Of a stretch of DNA of 64,000 bases, positions 59,401 through 64,000 are shown in pieces; the stretch's first letter is position 1; each line of letters opens with the position of its first letter. The stretch is from a virus, in IMG/VR virus record IMGVR_UViG_3300018424_003600, positions 1 through 64,000 of that record; one strand, 5' to 3'. A program made the translations under genes and the position numbers. The notes beneath the pieces are model-generated. The model saw only the letters and a list, made by a program, of their open reading frames with translations, had not been told where the DNA came from and ran no database searches.

Positions 59401-59877
59401 AGGAATGCTAATAGGACCGTGCGGTAACCAATAATACTCACGGAAGTTTACAAACTTATCCCAATCTATACTTGGGTTCCAACTATAAGTTTCTTGATTA
59501 TTTAATCTACTATGGTTTTCTATATTTGCACCAAAAACATTTAGTTGTCCAAGATAGTCATTATAGTCTTTATAAAAAGTAACATTATCATACAGATCTT
59601 TAACTACTACGCTAGGTTCTAGTTGATAATCTTCTCTTGTTTTATTAACATCAGCAACATAATTGTCAGTTGACTGATGTGCTTTTGCTGTCCTTCTACC
59701 ATAATATCCATTTAATTTTTCAGCAACACCCGGTTGGATCATTTGATCCATTGTAGCTTGTAAAAACTTTTGGTTTGCCGTACTCCTAAAAAATCTAGGT
59801 AAAAAATCTGCAGAACTAATTTTATTATTTCCGCCTGGAATTGGCAAAGCCGAATCTTGTTGAGTTTTCTTAGCCAT
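44416..59877 (-). CDS. giant (5153 aa) baseplate wedge-like structural protein (gp7-like position)
   Basis: Directly follows gp6; N-terminal 'FLPRFF....KFL'; 'I...G.GY...P.....G.G.GA.A......G.IT.I.ITNPG.GY' repeats, 'F.GDG....F' repeats, 'Y..GDIV.Y' and FG-GAP-like repeats. Confidence 0.7.
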   Translation of the reverse strand: MAKKTQQDSALPIPGGNNKISSADFLPRFFRSTANQKFLQATMDQMIQPGVAEKLNGYYGRRTAKAHQSTDNYVADVNKTREDYQLEPSVVVKDLYDNVTFYKDYNDYLGQLNVFGANIENHSRLNNQETYSWNPSIDWDKFVNFREYYWLPHGPISIPVRGQSREVVSTYSVTIEDQGDNKAYVFNDGLTRNPSLKLYRGQTYRFDIDTPGHPIAFAITRSFTPGSAILTAGTEGIRADGLFGADLYGNEYDQGDFIVLPSGGSVTFEDDENVSTLYPDGIRKLGEEGEEVAVAYVEKGTIEFTIPFNAPNRLYYVSKNSIDTSGLIKIYDIEENAFLNVTDEILGKKTYLSANGVELSNGMKIKFQGDVEPAYYAQNNWYVEGVGENIKLIKDQDLIIPAAYTEARYVPFDSEEFDTLPFSDATASATEPDYIIINRASKDRNAWSRYNKWFHKDVLKDSFKFNNLPENIDESKRAKRPIIEFEAGLKLNNFGSFAKKDVDLIDTFTKDVFSTIEGALGYNIDGIDLAEGMRILFVADTDILVSGKIYQVKFIEIGNNKQIALIETDDTEPQDLETILVTSGVKNAGKSYHYHGGSWLEAQEKTQRNQSPLFEVCDVNDNSFADETYYESTTFKGTKLFSYKLGEGTNDLELGFPLNYRTIENSSDILFNFDLLNDTFEYQEGTEIISQDISSGYLKKYKTLSDFTYVNAFSNIPTESKQYVVRQYDVTDIKNNNFAIDVYNNSGDLNDLYVVVYVNNKIQIKLTDYELDRINKIAYVRFYDNLNSGDIVKIKTRSKTSKNSNGHYEFPHNLERNPLNEDVSEFTLGEVVDHVDTMLEELPNFKGVFLGSSNLRDLGNLDRFGKRFVKHSGPINLSLYHITNKETNIIKALKYSKNEYSRFKKVFLESALSLGYDGTTKVHVDKLLEEINKDKVKTQPFYFSDMLSYSNTNIIEYTVLDPRTKEYPLSSPFNLSSLSVKSVLVYLNGEQLIHGRDYNFDSTGYVSIDAGQVEDDKIEIYEYDNTDGSFVPPTPTKLGLYPKYEPELYIDDTVIVDEPSETGPFKIYGQAESGSNKGTRGWFYPIYTTRKAAKDADANDTANTITFVGLNKIFYMPATGSFYGHYDNVEINEYPLGVAFVKGHDGSFIKAYKDYRDELLLELEKRIFNNIKADYSTDRLDIHNFIPGDHRETEFSRNEINRTLLGDFQQWLTTSLTNTSYTNNTFYDRNNAWTFNYSDTKTPNGNKNPGFWRSLFVYAFDTDRPHTCPWEMLGITIKPSWWDEVYGPAPYTGDNLVLWKDLEAGKIAEPGNVRINLDYARPGLTNHIPVGSDGKLVTPTRIGYANGFNIQQTSRNFSFGDYSPTENAWRRSSEYPFALLTSYLLNKPAKVMGLGFDISRINKNKANQWVYKETNKPIETKNLLLPNTYNSDSRVLTSGLVNYVYNLVASNILTLYSSYETNLKNISNQIGIKIGGFTSKPKFNLILDSRSPTQNLTQDGIFVPQENYQIFLNTSSPSQLAIYSGLIVEKAEVGYVLRGYNLEKPYFEYYEAREGSSSSTVTVGGINEAVVPWDSNTLYTAGEIIIHNNSYYRVTKSFETGVSFTLENLSKLPTLPIEGGRVAQFKKNFDKTSVKTLEYGTRLKTVQEVVDFILGYNERLTDIGFIFDDVSEGFGEVNNWNQSAKEFMFWTTQGWASGGIITLSPAANILEFQKDFYVVDDIKDPFYGYSILKADGLFLDSEFNSLLRNENSFGVEVTNTDEGLFHASLPLIQKEHVVLLDNTTVFNDIIYRPSTGYRQERIKVSGYRSDNWNGGLNIPGFLYDDGTFTDWTQWKDYTIGDIVKYKQYYYVASKNISGSQNFNSNDWYLLSEKPESQLLTNFDYRTTQFTDFYDLDSDSFDIEQQRMAQHLIGYQKRQYLANIINDDVSQFKFYRGAIAEKGTMNVFTKLFDALGKTTDNLEFYEEWALQVGRYGSVDDIKQVEYIIQEEKVQESPQAFELLNTLPATNYDKIYRILPNEVYDKPEDYDHAPLPVKNIESEYIKTGGYVKESDVATTIGNISNLILVNVNGLNLGDNIWITNTESNDWTVMQVVRSGAYASEFTVSLIEDADPGYGIGELTLDRWSASIVTEGDYIGLQHAEEYLLNGFYKVISAELNKIKIEVPFAGNELTDDVLDFEEENFSVVKLRTVRTDSLNGVNSLTNQEFYQDQKIWIDDYNSTWAVLENNSVYNNEQTIVNPSEYDSTTHGFTDSLAVTKDNNNVFVASPNDVNGKVYFYRRSREASNLNLSQEIELDNDDYFALDNLDFSRSIDVSPDGEYLVVGVPNASNIKTKLAYKTDSNTNEQTFDFQSDKTYVKGDIVRYRETLWKANREILPQIGNQPFTTFDTYINIASQQDADSTSLNLLVAGDPGLPNNTVDHILVRAPKDMYLGTAVGDLVNLYWNTVSYAFNTSDIQYPFDNEIAEITVNWLNQEHTIAKKVDHVFFLETFVTLPNVGDTFTTDTGAAEIVYVGTRRDSAVIYVSNTNGVFDISGTAYNAEGDLIGDYTEESTYSITDAVAGYWYIETGFTYSNNGRYYDSGKGLVYADVRPADSQRPVNYYYNIQNTIAAVGPYITNKNQASFLSSLSYTGDPAGADGTSGVSSPQLDNRWIARVGKEFSNIVQVGEEYEFRLYDLDNRNIDLSNTAFTYEFLNKKHTITDIWDGYIDFELTEFDFQGFPYEPQIGDILEDVQIPRDGQGGLALTSTTTSSAEVVFMRRNFNSIRVYVKVLSGNWNELSNIGRYEIRRKAGTNNTVNPNIRGVNDVDRVIGTVEDINNDIVLGTNLVGKLLVFANDSNLNIVTQPEVVDEEYWFFNENTESGIQRLANPPYSLNKDYTQVYNIPADKYGVAKTGLENEGAVAIFRRVAGEYRLQNIFVSEYRHAGRQFGNLVKITQNNNYYTLMIGSKGVDTTEELLDDSIGRRTYPGTIEIVRHGTKPSDNFKGEYQLTAYDIGDIVIYKDNYYRANKAILETQNVIQDSIYWTNISWRYGQDTNYRGDFDNSYTYKSGNIVVYDNKLWSANTNIDVNAPVPSNSNASWSEISTKIDYLGYLPNLTSTHFYNEEVFDPIQNIEQFSEAFDISDDGNVLIVTSKQMETDSTIHKSIVVYREVDDKYMVDQVIPSPNNTEGFADVVSLSPDGRKIAIGAPYNDDKKINQGIVYIYSQVNGKFVQTQTLTPPNNEESEGFGYSLNFGEDNLVISSLNGDQKIPTRFDTYTDRVDENSYTLDTTSKERTATTFDAEFTTFNNIILDKGVVYVYENLEDTLIYSEQFRYSLSQRMFGENVYSNNNHVYVGMPQQYSGDYKGIMLDFRKGNGVFAWEAISQNVIPVDVSKIRGAFLYNKRKNEIITYVDYVDPVQGKIPGVADQEIAFKAPYDPALYNTGELTDNNVDPDRVWTDEYVGKVWWDISTAKFANAHQGSTTFQKNNWNKLLPNATINIYEWVESDYLPSSWDTLADTPEGASQDISGTSLYGDEKFSTRIIYDDVSKTFKNKYYYWVESKRTVPVMEDRFLSIFDIAALIANPRTQGYKFLSLLTNNKFVLNNCDDVIEGDDVVLNIKYSTGPKENQNLHSQYKLLSENDKSSKPDADIERKWFDSLIGFDENSRLVPDPDITVKNRYGVQSRPRQSMFVNRIEALKQTIERVNFVLGNSLITDEYDISDLTAKDEAPTLISKKYDISVDSISELQYISTSKITQAILEPVIVNGRITRINIINSGRGYKVAPSFKINGKGFDADFDITLNNLGQITNVKITNDGYGYDNNTTITVRPFTALVTADSEVQDKWALHSWNIESQSWNRISVQGYNVELYWDYKDWYATGYNQFTNIKHNIDGSYQLPTLSDSIGDVIKINNIGSGGWLLLEKIDTQDTEDYTVNYKTIGRQNGTIEFNESLYNFSKNTIGYSNRSFDNYFYDSNPAFELRIILNTIRDKLFVGDLEVEYNKLFASTLRYVLAEQPAADWVFKTSFVKAKHNRGDLGQKDLTFNNDNLQSYQDFVEEFKPYKTKLREFVSQYTVTEETNSVVTDFDLPPKYNSLTGKIEPSKAIIVDGSLQDVNFDLETPPRNNWKNNLGYQITKVDIGDTGSGYTYEPIIKFVGGNGTGATAKAYLGYGKITKIEITNPGTGYTSAPTVVIEGSQLDTGTPAKATAVLGNGSVRSTRVKVKFDRVSKTFTIESLAETETFVGTNSETRFFLEWPMDLDKKKVKIYVDDVLQLRSKYSYENIIDNSKTYTRHQGKIIFTTPPALGASIRVEYYKPLSMLTAQDRINLAYAPTAGMYGKDLAQLMTGIDYGGVEVTSFDFTSSAGWDSQPWYTDNWDSFVNTFEDEIFTADGSTVSVQLSAPLEDGVVYNLYKNGVRIDDPDYDAGTPTNVHAITNSITGDGVTDTIDLASRDILMLDGDVLAIRKITSDGSVKIDPDSYDTQLEGGDLQYSTATGLNAEDIIVDGDGFVTPTTSGGPEELVPGQILDTLDIKVYTRDSDGQGVIYSQSYRAVPGTLNYNLGVIPNNISAVIVKVDNVILADSEFTINWSSNIITIPSLIGGEELNIVAVAQGVQSILDYGKFTGDGEQTDFETNVEFVEGMSGYANINGVQQDVTVYNTNDSTRAFIRFDTPPNLNSVINFTLFGNSDVVNYSQMSSSMFVGDGVSIEYDIQSTPLYAAPTQHNILVKVGNRILNAGYNTKFEIPENNQREYALEIFQQPQGSLDVSDVSVYLNGKLIETPVQWRFDIANSSIVLPDDIGTPGDLLDIYVITDGEYRVIGSTVILDTPPADQETVEIIQMTNHDILKLERINYDVVERTTTYAGEVEYVTYNRLTLGEIKLRKPAVDAQYVWVSLNGELLTPSVDYYITDDKQKVRLTVTPQANDVIDILHFAANVSVPKFAFRQFKDMLNRTHFKRLDSAATTLAQDLNYYDLRIEVVDGSTLSTPNKDLNLPGVIFINGERIEYFVKEDNTLRQLRRGTLGTGVKEVHSAGTNVFDQNISKTVPYRDTTLAYNTIADGNTNNFEIDYDVNSINEIEVFVGGTRQRKTTIEVFDPTLALDSPEGDVTISADFSFDADTNSITLLNTPAENSRITVVKKVGRAWTTQGTTLGNTENSIARFLRAGTSELPE

Positions 59878-62800
59878 TAGTAACTATAACCTCCGCCTGT
59901 AGAGCTTGATGTAGATGATGCACTACTTGTTATTTGATTAGATGTTGTGCTTGTTGAACTTGTAATTACATTGCCGCTTGCTTGTAAATTAGTTGCTGTA
60001 ATTTCGTCTATTGTTTCTATGTCAGATACTTTTGCGCCGCTGGCAAAAATTTCATCTGCTTCAGATTTTATTTCAAATAAACTACCAAAACTTTGTGTAG
60101 TTTGTCTAGGTACAATTAATATACTAACTAATTTTGGCGATAACTGACTCATAATATAAGAACTTAGCTCTTGGAAATAAAATGTTTCACCAAAATCCCA
60201 ATTTTCAATATCAAAGAAACGATTTATTGATTCAATAATATCAGATTTAAGTTCATTATCATTAATTACTAAGTTAGGATTTTTTACAATTTTAAATTTA
60301 ACTTGTAAATCTGCAGGTGCTTTGTCGCCAAATAAAATTTTATATTTTACTGGATGATATATAATTTCATCACTTATACTTTTAATTTCATTAATTGAAC
60401 TTCCATAAGATCTAAAAAGCTCATCATTACTTGGCGGCTTTGGTTTTACAGAAAGTGTTCCATCAATATATTGTTTGACTTGATCGTCATATGTTTTTGA
60501 TAAAATATATGTATCAATAATATTTGATGCACTAGGATCTATTCTGTATCCACTGTCTGCAACATGAACATAATGAAGTTTTAATCCTGCTCTACCATAG
60601 TATGCTTTGTAGTTTACATCAAGTGTAGTATTGTTTAATGTTTTATTAAGTTTCTTAAAAACACCTTCGTCTATCAAGTAAAAAATTTGTCCGTTATTGT
60701 CCCATTGGGTATACGGAGCAATACTAGATTCATTTTGCACTAAAACAACTTCACTTGTTGAATTATCAAGATATTTAAAATCTTCGACGCCATCTGTAGT
60801 AGTATATTTCTTTTGGAATATAATTTTTTCTTCTGTAGAAATTGAAGTATCTTCTTCTCCAACTATTTGTTCAAAGATATCCGGATCATCAACTACCCCG
60901 TCATCATCTAAATCAATAAATTGTACTTGTATTTTACGACTATCTAAGTAACCTTCAGAATCTTTATAAGCATCAGTTATGGTCCAAGTAAAATCTTTTG
61001 TAAATGGTGTTAATTGTCCAGGTTGAGTATTGATGTTTAGCACATCAATTCTATCTCTAACAACTTGTCCAGTTGACGGATCGTAAATTTTATCAGCACT
61101 ATCAAAGAAAAATCTTATTTCGTCTGCACTTTCAAAAACATATCTTAACTGTCTATATGTTATTGTGTATTTTTCACCGTCTGTTTTAAAATACAACATC
61201 CAACTAGAATCTAAGTTTTCTCCAGTTGTGTCTCCTGCTTTACCAGTTGCAAAATCGCTAATAGTATTAATATCTTCTGCTAATACTATTTTCCAAATTC
61301 TGTCTGTTATATCGTATCTTAAAGCAAAATCTTTATATTCAAATGTTTGATCAATGATTTCTGTTTTAAGATCGTCTACTAATGATTTAGAATAGTTAGG
61401 AATAACTTGTGAAATTAATGCACCGTCAGGAATAATATCATTTAATATAACCGGACCAGTTCCGTCATCTTCAACATCAACACCTGTGTTAGAAACTGCA
61501 ATAACTTTTGCCCATTTATATGTAGATTGACCTTTTTTAATAGTTCCTGTTTCGTTCCATGTGCCGTTTGGCATGAAGGTTTTTGTATCCGGAGACGTAA
61601 ATTTAATTAAGGATCCAGGTTCTACAAAACGGAGTGCATTAACTGTAAAGTCACCTAAAGGATATGTTTGATTTGAAGAATCTTTAAACAAGCCTGTACA
61701 AATATTTGTGCCTTTAGTTGACTGTGTCCACGTTGCATTAAGGTCACTTACTATTGTTTTAGGATATTTTGCTAAAAAGAAATTTTTAGAATTTATATTA
61801 CCAATAATACGCTCAACTGTATTGTAAATAATACCTTCAATGTCAGTTTGAGTTGTAAATGTAAAAGATTGTTTTTCTACAAATTCTTCTTTGTATAATA
61901 TTCCGTCATCTGCAAACAAACTTGTATTTGAATATTTTCCACTAGCATCTTTTAAATCAAAAAATCTGCTTATTCCGCTTGATATTCTATTTGAACTTTT
62001 TGTTTTAATAATATCTTGGCTTATAGCAAGAGGTCCAACATTGTAATCTTCGCCTGTAACTAGTCTATTTTGTGTATAATAAGTTGCTGGAGCATTTGCT
62101 TTTATTTCTTCATTAGATTCTGTTGCAGTTCCATTTGTTACTGTGTAATTTAATTTTAATCCAATTGTAAGTGTTTGCTTAGTACCATTTCTAGCTTGGT
62201 AAGGAATATCAATACTAACTGTATTAATTGCTCCAGGAGTTATAACACTTTTTAAACCATTACTAGTTCTATAATATACTTTAAAATCTCCTGCTGGTAA
62301 ATTACCAAAAACACCATCACTAAAAACTAAATTAATTCTATCACCTATTCTTGTAGTGACTGCAAAAACATCTCTTGTTTGATTAAACAAACTATTATAG
62401 ATAACATTATTTCCTTCTGTAGAAGAAACTTTTGTCCACTGTTTATTTTCTATTCCTAAACTATTAACTTCATATAACCAAACATCGGTATCATTAATAT
62501 TTCTTGAATCGATTGCCACTGATTGGTTTGGTATCGGATTTGACATGTTAAACGAGCCGTTTTCAAGACGTCCTTGACGGAAGTGCATAAAAAATCCTGT
62601 ATTATTAGATCCTGCGCCTTGTCCATCATCACGGAAAAGAAATGCTGGACTATTGCCAGGCAACGGTGGTTCTTCTACAATACTTCCAGAAGAAATGTCT
62701 GAACTTACAATTTCAAATCTAGTTGTAACACCTTCTATTTGTTTTGTAAACGGATATACTGCACTACCTGTGTTTAGTGCGTTTATACGATATTTTTGAG

Positions 62801-63350
62801 TTTGTACATCTGCAACCTGTTCTGATTTTAGTGGATTTCCAATTGAGTTTGCAAGCGGCATTGCAGAATTTAAAATTTTAACAAATTGTTCAAAATAGTT
62901 TGTATTTGCTTGGTCATTCCATTTTACAGTAATGCCAGCTAGATTTAACCCGTTACTATCTATAATACTCTCAGTTGTTGATAATGTATCAATTTTTAAT
63001 AATCCGTTGGCTGCTTGATTTCTGCGTGGATTATAAGAAAGCATACGTGCAAGACGTAGTACACTTTCTCTACGTTCTGCTGTTTCAAGGAAGTTTTCAC
63101 GAGCATTTAGATCTACACGGAATGATAAGTTTTGCCCAAGGAAAGCAATCATATCAATCAGTGCAAGATATTCGCTTGACTCAATGTAATCGTTAAAATC
63201 TTCTGGATAGTTTTGACGCAGATAATTAATCATTGTTCTGCGTAGGTTATCAAAATCATAGCTTTGGAAATCTGCGTTCCTAAAGCTCTGGTAAATTCTT
63301 TTCCAATCTTCGGCTACAAGTAGCCTAGACTGTCTATCGGTTGCAGCCAT
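59877..63350 (-). CDS. baseplate wedge subunit (T4 gp6-like)
   Basis: 'DFDNLR..MINYL....F.DY', 'ENFLETA.RRESV..LA..LSYNP', 'FSDGVFG.LP', 'ES.EEIK.NAP..Y.TQNR.VT.EDY'; TAAATA at 63375-63380. Confidence 0.85.
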   Translation of the reverse strand: MAATDRQSRLLVAEDWKRIYQSFRNADFQSYDFDNLRRTMINYLRQNYPEDFNDYIESSEYLALIDMIAFLGQNLSFRVDLNARENFLETAERRESVLRLARMLSYNPRRNQAANGLLKIDTLSTTESIIDSNGLNLAGITVKWNDQANTNYFEQFVKILNSAMPLANSIGNPLKSEQVADVQTQKYRINALNTGSAVYPFTKQIEGVTTRFEIVSSDISSGSIVEEPPLPGNSPAFLFRDDGQGAGSNNTGFFMHFRQGRLENGSFNMSNPIPNQSVAIDSRNINDTDVWLYEVNSLGIENKQWTKVSSTEGNNVIYNSLFNQTRDVFAVTTRIGDRINLVFSDGVFGNLPAGDFKVYYRTSNGLKSVITPGAINTVSIDIPYQARNGTKQTLTIGLKLNYTVTNGTATESNEEIKANAPATYYTQNRLVTGEDYNVGPLAISQDIIKTKSSNRISSGISRFFDLKDASGKYSNTSLFADDGILYKEEFVEKQSFTFTTQTDIEGIIYNTVERIIGNINSKNFFLAKYPKTIVSDLNATWTQSTKGTNICTGLFKDSSNQTYPLGDFTVNALRFVEPGSLIKFTSPDTKTFMPNGTWNETGTIKKGQSTYKWAKVIAVSNTGVDVEDDGTGPVILNDIIPDGALISQVIPNYSKSLVDDLKTEIIDQTFEYKDFALRYDITDRIWKIVLAEDINTISDFATGKAGDTTGENLDSSWMLYFKTDGEKYTITYRQLRYVFESADEIRFFFDSADKIYDPSTGQVVRDRIDVLNINTQPGQLTPFTKDFTWTITDAYKDSEGYLDSRKIQVQFIDLDDDGVVDDPDIFEQIVGEEDTSISTEEKIIFQKKYTTTDGVEDFKYLDNSTSEVVLVQNESSIAPYTQWDNNGQIFYLIDEGVFKKLNKTLNNTTLDVNYKAYYGRAGLKLHYVHVADSGYRIDPSASNIIDTYILSKTYDDQVKQYIDGTLSVKPKPPSNDELFRSYGSSINEIKSISDEIIYHPVKYKILFGDKAPADLQVKFKIVKNPNLVINDNELKSDIIESINRFFDIENWDFGETFYFQELSSYIMSQLSPKLVSILIVPRQTTQSFGSLFEIKSEADEIFASGAKVSDIETIDEITATNLQASGNVITSSTSTTSNQITSSASSTSSSTGGGYSY

Positions 63351-63410
63351 ATTAGTATTCCTTGTTTACTATGATATTTATCTGATATTGAAAAGTGCGT
63401 GTTTAATTGT

Positions 63411-63848
63411 TTACGAAAGTAAACCGTTTTCTTTGTCAAATTTAAATCGTAATTGGTCTACAATTTGATATGGTAAAAATGTTATTGTACACTCTACTTG
63501 TAATCCTTGCTCATACGTGTCAACGATAATTTCTTCTGCACGTACTCTTGGATCATAGTTGATAATTGTAGTTACATCTTCAATTACAAGTTCTTGTACT
63601 TCGTTTGTAAATGGCTCATATAATATATCCCATATTATTGTGCCAAATGTAGGATCACTAAGTTTTTCAGTTTGTCTAATATGAAAGTGGTTGATTATAT
63701 CTTGTTTTATTAGATCGAAATCATATAAACTAAAACTTTTAGCGTCTGAGATCGTAGAAAAACCTCTATAAGCTCTGCCTGAAGAAGCATCACGCATTGT
63801 TTGTTTAACAGTTACACGTTTATATAAATTTTTTTCTAATTCGCTCAT
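63411..63848 (-). CDS. baseplate wedge subunit (T4 gp25-like)
   Basis: 'D.DLIKQDI.N....R..E....P.FG..I...L.EP....I..YDPRV'; upstream of gp6; TAAATA at 63853-63858. Confidence 0.85.
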   Translation of the reverse strand: MSELEKNLYKRVTVKQTMRDASSGRAYRGFSTISDAKSFSLYDFDLIKQDIINHFHIRQTEKLSDPTFGTIIWDILYEPFTNEVQELVIEDVTTIINYDPRVRAEEIIVDTYEQGLQVECTITFLPYQIVDQLRFKFDKENGLLS

Positions 63849-63860
63849 ACTATATTTACC

Positions 63861-64000
63861 CTATTGTACTGTACGTGGAACTTCTTCAACTGTTGAAACA
63901 CTGTCTTTACCACTAATTGTTGGTGGTGTAGTTGTTTTTGACAATTCTTGTTCTAAACTTTTTAGAGCGTCAGCTTTTTCATTTTTAAATCTATTTACAA
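63861..64000 (-). CDS. 3' end of a gene truncated by the window edge (by position possibly the baseplate hub/gp5-like gene)
   Basis: Open frame ...VNRFKNEKADALKSLEQELSKTTTPPTISGKDSVSTVEEVPRTVQ* ending at TAG 63861-63863. Confidence 0.45.
   Translation of the reverse strand, partial: VNRFKNEKADALKSLEQELSKTTTPPTISGKDSVSTVEEVPRTVQ

Noticed and set aside
1-64000. Stop-codon recoding, introns/inteins, tRNAs, CRISPR arrays, transposases
   Set aside because: ORFs tile the window in the standard code and use TAG/TGA as stops; no repeat-spacer array, tRNA-sized gap or mobile-element motif seen

Overview
This is an AT-rich, gene-dense 64 kb segment of a large T4-like (probably jumbo) myovirus genome in the standard genetic code. 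It has three parts. (1) 1-4 kb: a HExxH+VWA protein, four small hypothetical genes and an Mtd-N-type fibre protein. (2) About 4.0-32.6 kb: a roughly 28 kb phage-encoded biosynthetic/tailoring cluster. It holds 8 radical SAM enzymes (one B12-type, three with an N-terminal twitch/SPASM-like module, four with a C-terminal one), 5 2OG-Fe(II)-oxygenase-like proteins, an amidinotransferase, a PLP-fold enzyme, a QueC-like PP-loop ATPase, 2 degenerate kinase-fold proteins, 3 SGNH proteins, a methyltransferase, a UDP-sugar dehydrogenase, an NDP-sugar epimerase/dehydratase and 6 glycosyltransferase-like genes in three paralogous pairs. (3) 32.7-64 kb: a minus-strand tail/baseplate module with gp25, gp6, a 5153-aa gp7-like wedge protein, three paralogous fibre proteins and a 1498-aa Ser/Thr-rich Ig-repeat protein. 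T4-late-like TAAATA/TAAGTA elements precede structural genes and several tailoring genes, often only 4-5 nt before the ATG. The best candidate for an undescribed system is a late-expressed pathway with aminoglycoside-like enzymology that builds a heavily tailored glycan, possibly decorating the virion. All functional calls come from motif recognition by eye, not from database searches.
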